A stretch of DNA of 64,000 nt, from positions 192,001 through 256,000 of the forward strand of contig JAGVWE010000002.1 of the NCBI GenBank assembly GCA_018304425.1, read 5' to 3'. The stretch is from Candidatus Iainarchaeum sp. Lineage in GTDB: Archaea > Iainarchaeota > Iainarchaeia > Iainarchaeales > UBA10219. The translations under genes and the position numbers were made by a program. This document shows positions 1 through 10,079 of this stretch, piece after piece. Each line of letters begins with the position of its first letter. The first letter of the stretch is position 1. The notes below the pieces were generated by a model. That model worked only from the letters and a program-made list of their open reading frames with translations. It did no database searches and had not been told where the DNA came from.

Positions 1-328
1 AAACCATCAAGATTATCACGGTGGTGTGCTTGTGAAGGCGCGTGCCCGCAAGCAGGGTTCCGATGCCGAGCTGGAACACGAAGAACTCCAGGGTAAACGA
101 GTGCGTGAGAGGCTTCCAGCCCATGAGCTGCAAAACGTCCAGCACGGCCCACAAGAAGAGGAAGACCATCGTGAAACGGTAGAGGCCGCTCCGGAATCCC
201 TTGTAGTCGTCGAAGATCCAGAAAAAGAAGAACGAAAACGCCGCCATGGCAAGGAAGTCAAGCAGCAAATCATTGGCTACCCAGGGAAGGTCGAGGCCGA
301 CGAGGTGGCTGAGGAAACGCAGGAGCAT
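1..328 (-). CDS. Hypothetical membrane protein (3' end runs off the window)
   Basis: Manual translation from ATG at 328 (MLLRFLSHLVGLDLPWVANDLLLDFLAMAAFSFFFFWIF...) is open to the window edge with several hydrophobic segments. AT-rich TATA-like sequence lies upstream. Not in the ORF track. Confidence 0.7.
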   Translation of the reverse strand, partial: MLLRFLSHLVGLDLPWVANDLLLDFLAMAAFSFFFFWIFDDYKGFRSGLYRFTMVFLFLWAVLDVLQLMGWKPLTHSFTLEFFVFQLGIGTLLAGTRLHKHTTVIILMV

Positions 329-390
329 GCGGAAACGCCTATATATAATGCACCCAAAGCAGTATATAAAGGTTATTCACTTTTTAACTT

Positions 391-828
391 CTATAAGTTA
401 ACGTTATTTGTCGGGTTTGGGGGGCTGAATGCCTTTTGGCGCCGGATTTTGCCGCGCAAAACCCCTTCAAATGGCAGTTTAAGGGACTTTAACGTGTTTT
501 GGAGGGAAAAGTCGTCGGATAGGGTGGTGAAGGGCTTGCCTTCACCAGCCAGGTCCAGGGCCACGGCCACAACATCCAGGTCGGCTGCCGAAAGGCGCGT
601 GCCCAAAGCCCTTGCCCGGGCTTTGGCGCTTTCAAGCGAGGCCTGGGAAGGGGAGTGGAGGCGAAGCAAGCCGGATTGGAGGGCACTCTGCACGAGCTCC
701 CGTGAACGCAGGTCCAGGCACTCGTCCGCGGCCTTGGGCGGCATCAGGTACTCGTTGCCGGGCTGGAACGAGAAATCAAAGCAGTTGAGGATGGCACTGG
801 AATCAAGGAGGTAGCGCGTGGAAAGCAC
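391..828 (-). CDS. nob1: Nob1-family PIN-domain rRNA maturation endonuclease (no C-terminal Zn ribbon)
   Basis: PIN acidic motifs YLLDSSAIL, ADE, LSAADLDVVAVA and SDDFSLQN match the Nob1 pattern. Confidence 0.8.
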   Translation of the reverse strand: MLSTRYLLDSSAILNCFDFSFQPGNEYLMPPKAADECLDLRSRELVQSALQSGLLRLHSPSQASLESAKARARALGTRLSAADLDVVAVALDLAGEGKPFTTLSDDFSLQNTLKSLKLPFEGVLRGKIRRQKAFSPPNPTNNVNL

Positions 829-871
829 CTTTATAATTAATTAGGGGATTGGGTATATTAAAGTTGGTTGC

Positions 872-2344
872 ATGCCGGAATTGAAGGAAATCGTGCGGGG
901 CTTGAGCGACATCGAACGGAAGAGCCTGGCCTCCCTCCACGATGAGAGCGCGATTGGCGCCGAAGAACTCGCGGAAAAAGCCAACCTCCAGGTGGACAGT
1001 GTGAGGCGCGCCCTGCAGTGGCTGCACGAAAAGGGTCTCGCCGAAATCAGGGAGACGCGCAAGGAATGCTGGATGCTGACCCGGAAAGGCGCGGAAGCCC
1101 TGGAAAAAGGGCTGCCCGAAAAGCGCTTGGCCGAAAAATGCTCGCAACTCGCCCGGCACGGCAAGGAAATCACGCTCGACGACCTCAAAAAAGAGTTCGG
1201 CGAAGAAATGAGCCCCGCGCTCGGCACCGCCAAGAAACTCAACTGGCTGTCGCTGGGAAAAACCATCCAGTTCAACGACGAAATCTTCCACGCCAGCCGG
1301 AAACTGCTGGAAGACAAGCAAGCCTACCTGAAGACGGTCTCACTGTGCTGCCAGGTCGCGGAACCCGTGCCGGCCGGCGGCGAAACCTTCGAAGAATTCA
1401 GGCGGCGCGGCCTGATAGAACGCAAGGAAAACGTTACGCGCGTGGCCACCATCACCGAGCGGGGAAGGAAGGCCCTCGCTTTGCCGGAATTCGCGAGCGG
1501 GCAACGCAAGTTCGTCATCGACGCGCCCGTGCCACGCATTTACCCCGGCAAGCGGCAGCCCTATGTTCAGTTCATCAACCAGGTCAAGCGATGGCTGACC
1601 GCGAATGGCTTCAAGGAAGTGCCTTCTCCGTTGATCACCCAGGAGTTCTACAACTTCGACGTGCTGTTCCAGCCCCAGAACCACCCCGCGAGGACGTGGT
1701 CGGACACCTACCAGTTGAAGCGGCCCACGCACGGAAGGCTGCCTGACAAGAAAATCGTGGAAGCCGTCCGCGTGGCGCATGAACGCGGGGGGAAATCCGG
1801 TTCCAAGGGCTGGGGCCATGCCTGGAGCGAGGAAATCGCGCGGAAAGTCATGCCGGCCTCGCACTGCACGGCGCACGATGCCCGGCAATGGGTGAAAGAC
1901 ATCAAGCCAGGCAAGTATTTCTCGTTGAACCGCGTCTACCGCCCGGACGTGCTGGACGCCAAGCACCTCATCGAATTCAACCAACTGGATGGGTTCATCC
2001 TCGGGGAAGGCATCAACTTCCGCCACCAGCTCGGCATCTTCCGCGACTTCGCCAGGGAAATAGCGGGCGCCACCGAAATCAAGTTCACGCCGGATTACTT
2101 TCCCTTCACGGAGCCCAGCGTGCAGCTCAGCTGCAAGCACCCCGAACTCGGCTGGATGGAGTTCGCCGGCGGCGGGTTCTCCAGGCCCGAGATACCGGCA
2201 AGCCTCGGCATCCAGGAGCCCTTGATCCTGTGGGGCATGGGCGTGGATAGGCTGGCCATGCTCAAGATGGGCGTCAACGACATTAGGCACTTGTTCAGCG
2301 ACGACTTGGAGTGGCTGCGGAACGCGCCCCCGGTGAAGGAGTAA
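872..2344 (+). CDS. pheS: Phenylalanyl-tRNA synthetase alpha subunit, archaeal type
   Basis: N-terminal wHTH extension, FYNFDVLFQPQNHPAR, YFPFTEPS, WGMGVDRLAM. Confidence 0.97.
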   Translation: MPELKEIVRGLSDIERKSLASLHDESAIGAEELAEKANLQVDSVRRALQWLHEKGLAEIRETRKECWMLTRKGAEALEKGLPEKRLAEKCSQLARHGKEITLDDLKKEFGEEMSPALGTAKKLNWLSLGKTIQFNDEIFHASRKLLEDKQAYLKTVSLCCQVAEPVPAGGETFEEFRRRGLIERKENVTRVATITERGRKALALPEFASGQRKFVIDAPVPRIYPGKRQPYVQFINQVKRWLTANGFKEVPSPLITQEFYNFDVLFQPQNHPARTWSDTYQLKRPTHGRLPDKKIVEAVRVAHERGGKSGSKGWGHAWSEEIARKVMPASHCTAHDARQWVKDIKPGKYFSLNRVYRPDVLDAKHLIEFNQLDGFILGEGINFRHQLGIFRDFAREIAGATEIKFTPDYFPFTEPSVQLSCKHPELGWMEFAGGGFSRPEIPASLGIQEPLILWGMGVDRLAMLKMGVNDIRHLFSDDLEWLRNAPPVKE

Positions 2345-2348
2345 AAGC

Positions 2349-3995
2349 ATGCCCATCATTGACGCAAGCCTGAAGGACCTGAACCAGTTGCTGGGAAAAA
2401 AGCTCTCCGCCAAGGAACTCGAGCAAAGGCTGCACTTCGCCAAATGCGAGCTGGAGGCCAGCGACGGCGACCAGATAAAGATTGAAGTCAAGGACAGCAA
2501 CCGCCCGGATTTGTGGAGCGCGGAAGGCGTTGCACGGGAACTAAGGGGCAAGCTCGGCCTCCGAAAGGGGATGCCCCAAGCCCGGTTCAAGGACTCGAAA
2601 CACGAAGTCATCGCCCACGACAACGTGCTCGTTTACCGGCCCGGCATCGCCTGCGCGGTGGTCAAGGGACTGAAGGTTTCGGAGCCCCTGTTGCTGCAAT
2701 TGATCCAGTTGCAGGAGAAAATCACGCACACGTTCGGCCGCAAAAGGGAAATGGTTTCCATCGGCTTGTACGAGTTCGAAAAGCTGAAGCCCCCCATCCA
2801 CTACAAGGGCGTGGCCCCCGAAAGCGTGAAGTTCGTGCCCCTGGACTTCAAGCGGGAAATGAACCTGCGCGAGATCCTCGCCGAACACCCCAAGGGAAAA
2901 GAGTTCGGGAACCTCATCGCCGGGCACAAGGTGTGGCCCATCCTCTGCGATGACGCGGGAAAGATTTGCTCCCTGGTGCCCATCATCAACTCGGAACTCA
3001 CGGGCCGCGTCAAGGAAGGCACGGGGACCCTGTTGCTGGAGATGACGGGAACCGATGAACGCTTCGTGAACACCGCGATGAACGTGTTCTGCATGGCCTT
3101 GCAGGACCGAGGCGCGGCCATTGAACGCATGGCGGTCGTGAAAAACAAGAAAAAGACGTGGTTACCCGACTATGCGCCGGGAAAAATGTCGGTGGCGCTG
3201 GCGTACGTGAACCAGGTGGCCGGCATGGCCTTCACCGCCAAGGAAGTGGCGGGGCTACTGGAAAAAGCCCAGTACAACGCGAAAGCCAGGGAAAAAACCA
3301 TTGAAGTCGAATACCCGGCCTACCGCCAGGACCTACTCCACCCCATCGACGTGGTCGAGGACGCGCTGATTGCCTACGGCTACGACAAACTCCTGCCTGA
3401 ATCGGTCACGCTAGCAACCAACGGGGAATTGACGCAGGAAACAAGGCAATGGGAGGCCATCCGCGAAGCCTGCATCGGCCTGGGCCTGCAAGAGATTCTC
3501 ACGTTCACCATGACATCCAAGGAAAAGCAGGCCGCGAAGATGGGCTATGCCGACGACGACTTCGTCGAGATAGCCAACTACGTTTCCACCAACTGGCAGG
3601 TGTTCCGCAAGCGGTTGCGGCCTGAACTGCTGGAGTTCCTGTCCAAGAACAAGGACGCCGAGTACCCGCAAAGGCTGTTCGAAGTCGGCCGCGTGCTGCG
3701 CCTGGACGAGAAAAGCGAGACGGGAGTGCGGGAGCCCACGCGGCTGTGCGTGGCCCTGGCGGACGCCAAAGCCAATTACACGCATATCAAGTCCGCGTTG
3801 GACGCGCTGGCCCACCAACTCGGTTTCTCCTACGAAGTCAGGGAAGAAAGGGACGCGGCCTTCGCCGAGGGAAGGCACGCCTGCATCCGGGTCAACGGCC
3901 AATGCAAGGGCGTACTCGGCGAGGTCAGCGACGAGGTGCTCGCCAAGTTCGGCTTGGAGACCAAGGTCGCGCTCCTGGAATTAGAGCTGGAGTAA
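2349..3995 (+). CDS. pheT: Phenylalanyl-tRNA synthetase beta subunit
   Basis: NRPDLWSAEGVAR, YRQDLLHPIDVVED, YPQRLFEVG; directly follows pheS. Confidence 0.97.
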   Translation: MPIIDASLKDLNQLLGKKLSAKELEQRLHFAKCELEASDGDQIKIEVKDSNRPDLWSAEGVARELRGKLGLRKGMPQARFKDSKHEVIAHDNVLVYRPGIACAVVKGLKVSEPLLLQLIQLQEKITHTFGRKREMVSIGLYEFEKLKPPIHYKGVAPESVKFVPLDFKREMNLREILAEHPKGKEFGNLIAGHKVWPILCDDAGKICSLVPIINSELTGRVKEGTGTLLLEMTGTDERFVNTAMNVFCMALQDRGAAIERMAVVKNKKKTWLPDYAPGKMSVALAYVNQVAGMAFTAKEVAGLLEKAQYNAKAREKTIEVEYPAYRQDLLHPIDVVEDALIAYGYDKLLPESVTLATNGELTQETRQWEAIREACIGLGLQEILTFTMTSKEKQAAKMGYADDDFVEIANYVSTNWQVFRKRLRPELLEFLSKNKDAEYPQRLFEVGRVLRLDEKSETGVREPTRLCVALADAKANYTHIKSALDALAHQLGFSYEVREERDAAFAEGRHACIRVNGQCKGVLGEVSDEVLAKFGLETKVALLELELE

Positions 3996-4005
3996 CGTGA
4001 GGCCG

Positions 4006-4515
4006 ATGAGAATACGCATCCAAGAACGGCTCTTATCCCGAAAAAGAAGAAGACCACCTGCCCAGGCCCATGAGAAACGACGGCCCTCGTTTTCCGTGTA
4101 CGCCACTCAACTCAGGGGAGAGGACAAGAAAGCGGTCGACGCCTGCGTCCGGCTCCTCAAGCAACAGCTCAATGGCGGCGTTTTCGCGGTCACGGGCACG
4201 GTCTTAGCTCCCGCTTTTCCAAAAGTAGCTCAATGGATTACGGAAAAGATGAACCTGCCTGAAAGCGACTCCCGCATGGCGATTGCCGCGCCCCTGATTG
4301 TCGCAGGCTTCGGTGCCTACCAGTACATCAGGGCCAGCCGGCAACTCGCCCAAGCCTTCAGGAAGGCCGTGTTCAAAATCCAGACCTCGAATGACCCAAG
4401 GTTGTCAGAGTTGGCTGCCAAATCAAAGTATCTGACCATTACGCCGACCGGGCTAATCCTGGGCACCTCCTGGAAGCCATGGTTTCTTGCAGGGAAAACG
4501 AGGAAACTGGAATAA
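4006..4515 (+). CDS. Hypothetical protein with Arg-rich N-terminus and a hydrophobic hairpin
   Basis: Open frame filling the gap after pheT; N-terminus RLLSRKRRRPP; two weakly hydrophobic segments. Confidence 0.65.
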   Translation: MRIRIQERLLSRKRRRPPAQAHEKRRPSFSVYATQLRGEDKKAVDACVRLLKQQLNGGVFAVTGTVLAPAFPKVAQWITEKMNLPESDSRMAIAAPLIVAGFGAYQYIRASRQLAQAFRKAVFKIQTSNDPRLSELAAKSKYLTITPTGLILGTSWKPWFLAGKTRKLE

Positions 4516-4568
4516 CTCAGCCGAACAACCGACCTGCCCCTTGGCGCTACACACCCAACACCTTTAAA

Positions 4569-4584
4569 TATGTGTCCACACATA
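4569..4584. promoter_or_regulatory. Inverted repeat operator TATGTGT-CC-ACACATA at the TA-operon promoter
   Basis: Perfect 7-bp inverted repeat abutting the TTTAAATA box (4563-4570) upstream of the RHH antitoxin. Confidence 0.65.
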
Positions 4585-4604
4585 ATACAAATAGGTGGTT
4601 TGTT

Positions 4605-4826
4605 TTGCCTAATATGACCCTCAGCATCCCGAAGCCCTTGCACGAAGAGATGAAAAAATACCCCGAATATAAGTGGAGCGAAGTCGCTCGAAAAGCCATC
4701 CAAGAGAAAATCGAGGCGGCACGGCTGGCCGATGACTTGAAGGCCATTGCTCAAGCGAAAAAGGAACTCCGGGAAGGGAAAACCGTTCCCCTCGAAAAGC
4801 TCGCCGAAGAACTGGGGTTGAAATGA
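4605..4826 (+). CDS. Ribbon-helix-helix antitoxin (RelB/CopG-like)
   Basis: TTG start after GGTGGT; MPNMTLSIP...KWSEVARKAI RHH pattern; tail VPLEKLAEELGL; ATGA overlap with relE. Confidence 0.85.
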   Translation: MPNMTLSIPKPLHEEMKKYPEYKWSEVARKAIQEKIEAARLADDLKAIAQAKKELREGKTVPLEKLAEELGLK

Positions 4827-5071
4827 CGTTCGTCGTCGAACTGTCCACAAAGGCTGCAGACCAGTTCCGGAAACTCGACAAACCAGTCCAAGAACAAATC
4901 CTGAAAAGACTGCGGCGATTGGCCGAAGACCCGGAACTCGCCAAGCCCTTGTCCCATGGACTCAAGAACAACCGCAGCGAACGAATCGGAAAACACCGTG
5001 TAGTATTCGCCATCGTTGGAAACAAATTAGCCGTCGCCAAAATCGAGCACCGTGACACGGTGTACGGCTAG
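4823..5071 (+). CDS. relE: RelE/ParE family toxin
   Basis: 82 aa; KAADQFRKLDKPVQEQILKRL, RIGKHRVVF, KIEHRDTVY. Confidence 0.9.
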   Translation: MTFVVELSTKAADQFRKLDKPVQEQILKRLRRLAEDPELAKPLSHGLKNNRSERIGKHRVVFAIVGNKLAVAKIEHRDTVYG

Positions 5072-6534
5072 CCGAACAGCCTGGTCTGCCTGCTCTCATC
5101 GGAGGACGGGTGGCTTTCGTCGTCCGAAGGAGCGGTGGGAACCTTTTCCTCAGGGGTTTCTTCGCCGCCCACGTAATCTGCCAAGGAGCCGCGCGAGCCC
5201 CGGGGTGCGGGTGCGTCCGCCGCAGTCATGCCTTCGAGGGGCTTCAGCGAACGCGGTTTGGCGTGCGCGGCACGCAGCTCTTCGGCCTTGGCCAAGGCGT
5301 CCTTGACTTTCTTGGTATCGGCCTTGGTGTCCATCAAGAACGCGAGTTCCTCGGCCTCGAAGTCGAACTGCGCGCAGAGCTCTGCTGCCTTTTCCTTGTC
5401 CTCGCAGAGCACCTTCAAGTAGGGCAGGTCGTGGGCCATGACTTCCCTGGCCGAGGAATGGGTTTTTTCCCCGATTTTCCGGCAGAGCCCGGTTTTAAGC
5501 CCCCGCAAGGCCTTGGACCTGGAGAGCATGGAGAGCAGGCCGGGGAACCGGAACTGCAGCCAGCCATGGTAGTCCTGGGAACGCGAAAGCGCAACGCCTG
5601 CAGTCATCAAGTCGCCGGAATAGCGGAGGAACTCCCAGGCCTGCCTGCGCAGGATGCGCGCGGAATAAATGTCGGCCTTGCTCAACCGCTCGAAGGCCGC
5701 CGCAGTATCCGGGCGCGCGGTGTAGATGCGGGGAATGTTTTCCTCGACCCACCGCAAGAGCATGTCGTTGCTCAAGTCCGTGGAAAAACGCGCGCGCCGG
5801 ATTTCCTCCACGGTTTTTCCCTTGAAAATCTGTTCCAATACCTTGAAGATTTTTTCCTCGCGCTCGCGGAAGCCCATGCCCTGCACGTCGGCCAGGGAAA
5901 CGCTTTCCCCCAGCGCCAGAGTCTGCGCGTCCAGCAACGCGGAACGCATGTCCCCGGACGCGTTGCGCGCGAGCTCCTTGACGGCTTCCTCGTCGAATTT
6001 CGCGCCTTCGACCGACAAAACCTCTTTGAGGCGCTTGGCCATGGAAAGGTAATTGATTTTCTTGAATTCCAGGGCCTCGCACGCGTAAACAAAGGACTTC
6101 ATCTTCTGGTCGCCGTAGACGTCGTTCGCGGTCAGGATGACCGGGTTTTGCGCGGTCTTCACGATTTCCCCGATGGCCGCCGCGCCCCCCCGGTCGCGGG
6201 CCTGCAAGCCATCCGCCTCGTCGATGAGCACCAGGCGAAGCCGGCCGGAAAAACTGGCGTTGAGCGCCGCGCCGCCCGCGTACTTTTCGATGTTTTCCTT
6301 GGAGCGCAAGTCCGAGGCGTTTAACTCGAAGACCTGCCAGCCATGCAGGCGCGCGAGCAGGTAAGCCAGGCAGGTCTTTCCCGCACCCGACTGGCCCCAA
6401 AAGAGCAGGGGCTTCTGGCGCTGGCCGGCCTGCCAAGCCTTCGCCCAGGCAAGGCCACGTTCGACGAGGTCCGAGTTGCCAATAAATTCCTCCACGGACT
6501 TGGGAGCGAACTGGTCAGTCCAGAGCTGGGCCAT
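5068..6534 (-). CDS. rfcL: Replication factor C large subunit
   Basis: LWTDQFAPKS, Walker A GQSGAGKT, ELNASD, IDEADGL, GDMRSA, C-terminal PIP-like QTRLF. Confidence 0.95.
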   Translation of the reverse strand: MAQLWTDQFAPKSVEEFIGNSDLVERGLAWAKAWQAGQRQKPLLFWGQSGAGKTCLAYLLARLHGWQVFELNASDLRSKENIEKYAGGAALNASFSGRLRLVLIDEADGLQARDRGGAAAIGEIVKTAQNPVILTANDVYGDQKMKSFVYACEALEFKKINYLSMAKRLKEVLSVEGAKFDEEAVKELARNASGDMRSALLDAQTLALGESVSLADVQGMGFREREEKIFKVLEQIFKGKTVEEIRRARFSTDLSNDMLLRWVEENIPRIYTARPDTAAAFERLSKADIYSARILRRQAWEFLRYSGDLMTAGVALSRSQDYHGWLQFRFPGLLSMLSRSKALRGLKTGLCRKIGEKTHSSAREVMAHDLPYLKVLCEDKEKAAELCAQFDFEAEELAFLMDTKADTKKVKDALAKAEELRAAHAKPRSLKPLEGMTAADAPAPRGSRGSLADYVGGEETPEEKVPTAPSDDESHPSSDESRQTRLFG

Positions 6535-6609
6535 GCAAGGAATGGGCTGGAAAAGGGTTTTAAAGGCCACTAACAGGGCTTTAAAACCTGTCGGAAGCAG
6601 GGAATTAAA

Positions 6610-7803
6610 ATGCAGGTCGGCCTCGTGGGAAAGCCTTCGTCAGGGAAGTCAACCCTGTTCAACGCCTTGACGCTGCTTGACGCGGCCATGGCCAGCTATC
6701 CGTTTACCACCATCGAGCCCAACAAGGGCATCGGCTTTGTCCGCGTGGACTGCGTGGACAAGGAGTTCGGCAAGCAATGCAAGCCCCGCACCGGCTACTG
6801 CGAGAACGGGACAAGGTATGTTCCAGCCGAAGTCATTGACGTGGCCGGGTTGGTGCCGGGAGCCAGCGAGGGCCGCGGGAAAGGCAACGAGTTCTTGTCC
6901 GATTTGTCGCACGCCGACGTCTTGATTCACGTCGTGGACGCCTCGGGTTCAACCAACGAGGAAGGCCAACTGGTGCCCATGGGCAGCCACGACCCGGTCA
7001 AGGACGTGCGCTTTCTGGAAGACGAAATAGACTTGTGGTTCGCGGGCGTCATCGCCAAGAACTTCAAGAAGTTCGGGAAGACGCCCTTCGAGGGAAAGGG
7101 CGCGCTGTTGAAGGCCATGGCGGCCTGCCTGTCCGGGATTGGCGGCACGGAACGCGACTGCGATTTGGCGCTGGACAAAGCCGGGCTCTTGAACAAGAAA
7201 CTGCAGACCTGGGACGAGAACGACATCAAGGCGTTTGCCACGGCTTTGAGGAAGGTCAGCAAACCCATGGTCATCGCAGCCAACAAGATTGATTTGCCGG
7301 GCGCGGAAAAGAACGTGGAACGCATCCGAAAGGAGTTCCCGCATTTGACGGTCATTGGCTGCAGCGCCATCGCGGAGTTGACGCTCAAGCGCGCGAACAA
7401 GGACGGCACCCTCAAGTACCTGCCGGGCAGCAAGGACTTCACGGTGCTCAAAGACCTGAACGAGGCCCAGCAAAAGGGCCTCGAATACATCCGCAAGAAC
7501 GTGCTCGAAAAGTTCGGGTCAACGGGCGTACAAGAACTGCTCGACAAGACCGTGTTCGACGCCTTGGGCTACATCGCGGTCTTCCCAGGGGGAACCAAGA
7601 AGCTCGAGGACTCCCAGGGAAGGACCCTACCGGACTGCTTCCTGATGCCGCCCAAGTCAACGGCATTGGACTTCGCGTTCAAGCTGCACACGGACTTCGG
7701 CAACCACTTCATCCGCGCCGTCAACGTCAAGAACCACTTAATGATCGGCAAAGACCACGAACTACAGCACCGCGACGTGGTCGAAATCATCCACGGGGCG
7801 TAA
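6610..7803 (+). CDS. ychF: YchF/Ola1 OBG-family ATPase with C-terminal TGS domain
   Basis: GKPSSGKST, YPFTTIEPN, DVAGLVPGA, NKID, HTDFG. Confidence 0.95.
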   Translation: MQVGLVGKPSSGKSTLFNALTLLDAAMASYPFTTIEPNKGIGFVRVDCVDKEFGKQCKPRTGYCENGTRYVPAEVIDVAGLVPGASEGRGKGNEFLSDLSHADVLIHVVDASGSTNEEGQLVPMGSHDPVKDVRFLEDEIDLWFAGVIAKNFKKFGKTPFEGKGALLKAMAACLSGIGGTERDCDLALDKAGLLNKKLQTWDENDIKAFATALRKVSKPMVIAANKIDLPGAEKNVERIRKEFPHLTVIGCSAIAELTLKRANKDGTLKYLPGSKDFTVLKDLNEAQQKGLEYIRKNVLEKFGSTGVQELLDKTVFDALGYIAVFPGGTKKLEDSQGRTLPDCFLMPPKSTALDFAFKLHTDFGNHFIRAVNVKNHLMIGKDHELQHRDVVEIIHGA

Positions 7804-7826
7804 AGAAAAAGAGGAAAAGAAGCCCG

Positions 7827-8117
7827 CTAATGAATGACGGGCTTGGCGTCGACTTGGGGGAGGACTTCCGCCCTGGACTCGTGCGACAACTGCCGTTCCT
7901 CGGCGGAGACCAGGTGCATGATTTCGCCGAGCTCCTTGTCCTTGTTGCGGAGCCGGCCCAAGGCATAGAGGTAGGCGTTGATGATGCTGTCCAGGTCAAG
8001 GGTGCGCTTGAAGCCCTGCCTAGCCACTTCCTCGAAGTACAAGTGAACCAACTTGAACGCGGTCTCCTCGTCGGAGGCGCGGGAAACCATTGACCGCTGC
8101 ATTGCCTTCATGACCAT
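7827..8117 (-). CDS. Hypothetical protein
   Basis: 96-aa ORF with GAGGTG ribosome-binding site and TATA upstream. Confidence 0.75.
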   Translation of the reverse strand: MVMKAMQRSMVSRASDEETAFKLVHLYFEEVARQGFKRTLDLDSIINAYLYALGRLRNKDKELGEIMHLVSAEERQLSHESRAEVLPQVDAKPVIH

Positions 8118-8155
8118 ACCACCTCAAAGAATACGGGGTAAGGAGTATTTAAGGG

Positions 8156-8899
8156 TTACGCCGGCTTGAACAACAGGAAAGCGATTTCGCCTTGGCCGCC
8201 CAAGAAGTTGCTGGCCGTCACGGCAGAGGACTCCAGGGCCTTGAAACCGAGGCGCTCGCATTCGACGAGAAAGGCCTTGAACGAGAAGCCGGTGGGGGGA
8301 AACTCGTTGCAGAACACGGCCAGCCGCGCCAAGGCATCCCCTCGGAGGACGCGGTGGAACTCGCGCAACGCGGCCTCCCAGTCCGGCATGTACTCCAGGG
8401 AGTGCAGGCAAAGGATTTTGTCCACGGAATGGTCGGGTAACCCCGTGCGGGAAGCGGGCCGCTCCAGGAACTCCATTTTGTAGGCGACGCCCTCCCTTTG
8501 GGCGAGCGCCAGGGCCTGTTCCAGGAAGGGCCTGGAAAAGTCCAGGCAAAGGGTTTTCCCCCTTGGGTTCAGGTGCTTGGCGAGGAACACCTCATAGAAA
8601 CCGGAACCACAGCCGATGCTGAGAAGGTCTTCGTTGCCGTGAAAGGCCAGCGAGAGGAACAGTTTTTCAAACACGTGAAGCCGCTGGTCCAGGGTCGGGA
8701 CGGCGTCATAGGAAGCGGACAGCTTGTTCCAAGCGCCTTTCATGGAGTCGAGGCTTGGCCGCCCAGACTCCAAGTCGATTTCCGTCTGGAAGTCCAGGAG
8801 CCGCTGCTTTTCGAGGCGGGAAAGGGCGGGAAGCGGCTGGCGTTCGAGGAACGCCTTGAAGTCGGAGACGATGGCAGGTTGCATGGCATCACGCGGCAT
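8156..8899 (-). CDS. Class I SAM-dependent methyltransferase
   Basis: LLSIGCGSG, LDFS, SVDKILC, ALREFHRVLR. Confidence 0.85.
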   Translation of the reverse strand: MPRDAMQPAIVSDFKAFLERQPLPALSRLEKQRLLDFQTEIDLESGRPSLDSMKGAWNKLSASYDAVPTLDQRLHVFEKLFLSLAFHGNEDLLSIGCGSGFYEVFLAKHLNPRGKTLCLDFSRPFLEQALALAQREGVAYKMEFLERPASRTGLPDHSVDKILCLHSLEYMPDWEAALREFHRVLRGDALARLAVFCNEFPPTGFSFKAFLVECERLGFKALESSAVTASNFLGGQGEIAFLLFKPA

Positions 8900-10022
8900 C
8901 CAAGGCCTTCAACAAGGCCTCGCCCTGCACGGCGAGCGTGATTTCCTTGGTCTTTCCCTTGTTCCCCAAGTCAATCAACGCGGAGCGGATGAGGCGATGC
9001 GCTTCCAGGTTGGCCAGGAAGTCCCGGATCCTCCGCTCGGTCACGGGTTCCTTCACGGCGGAAGCGTATTGCTGGTAGAGTTCCCCCGAGTGGAGGGTGC
9101 CCTTGCCCGCGATTATCCGCAGCAAGGCCCTTTCGTGTTCGCTCAGGTATTTCACGGCTTTCAGGTTCTGCTCGGCGACCGCTTCAAAGGCATTCTGCAG
9201 GTGGCATAACTCCACGCGCTCCGCGTTCACGCGCTCCGCTTCCCTGCCTGCCTTCCACAGGCACTCGATGGCGATGCGGGCGTCGCCCCCGAGCTTGGCG
9301 GCGTGCGCGGCCGCGACGTTGATGACTTCGGGGTCCAGGGAGCCGGGCGCGAACGCGTACTCGGCGCGCTCGCGGAGGATGTCCTTCAACTGCTGGGGGC
9401 TATAGGGGTTGAATTCAATGGCTTGCTCGGCAAGCGAACTCCGGATGCGGGGGTCAAGCCGCACCGTCAAGGCCTTGTCGTTGGAGACCAGAATGAGTTC
9501 GAGGCCCTTCTTCTGGTACTCGATGACGCGCAACAAGTCGTACAAGAGCTTTTCGCCGTCCTCGGCGCACAACAACTGGTCCACCTCGTCCAAGACGATG
9601 ACGGGCGTGAAGGAGGCCTGCTTCAAGGCGTTCAAGAGCTTGGAGTATAGCTCGTCGGTTGCCACGCCCCGGCGGGGCACGGCCTCTCCGAGGAAGTTGG
9701 CGAGTTCGGATAGGACGGCGTGCCGGGAATTGAATTCAAAGCAGTTGAGGTAAAGGTGCTTGGCGCGGTCGGTGTGCTCTTCGAGTTGGTGGAGGACGAA
9801 CTTGATGCATGCGGTTTTTCCCACCCCGGTTCCGCCGCACACGAAGACGTTCTGGGGCTTGCCGCCCCGCGCAATCGGGTTCAGGGCATACACCAGGGAA
9901 TCGATTTCCGCGTCCCGGTGGGGCAGCCGCTCCGGGACGAACTCCGGGTAGAGGTATTTCTCGTTGCGGAACAGGTTGTGCTCGCGCCTGGCCTCCGCGA
10001 AGATGTTCTTGGGCATGACCAC
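8889..10022 (-). CDS. cdc6: Orc1/Cdc6 replication initiator
   Basis: PERLPHRDAEI, GGTGVGKT, YLNC, LDEVD, GDARIAI, C-terminal wHTH. Confidence 0.95.
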   Translation of the reverse strand: MVMPKNIFAEARREHNLFRNEKYLYPEFVPERLPHRDAEIDSLVYALNPIARGGKPQNVFVCGGTGVGKTACIKFVLHQLEEHTDRAKHLYLNCFEFNSRHAVLSELANFLGEAVPRRGVATDELYSKLLNALKQASFTPVIVLDEVDQLLCAEDGEKLLYDLLRVIEYQKKGLELILVSNDKALTVRLDPRIRSSLAEQAIEFNPYSPQQLKDILRERAEYAFAPGSLDPEVINVAAAHAAKLGGDARIAIECLWKAGREAERVNAERVELCHLQNAFEAVAEQNLKAVKYLSEHERALLRIIAGKGTLHSGELYQQYASAVKEPVTERRIRDFLANLEAHRLIRSALIDLGNKGKTKEITLAVQGEALLKALDAA

Positions 10023-10079
10023 TAATTAGGGGGCTGAAAGAATAAATAAAGGTTTCCCCGGGGGAAAGCCGGGAAACCG

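Noticed and set aside
26-814. 262-aa plus-strand ORF
   Set aside because: Antisense shadow of nob1 and the minus-strand membrane gene.
10023-10079. Possible replication origin beside cdc6
   Set aside because: Only 57 bp with no repeated ORB elements or extended unwinding region.
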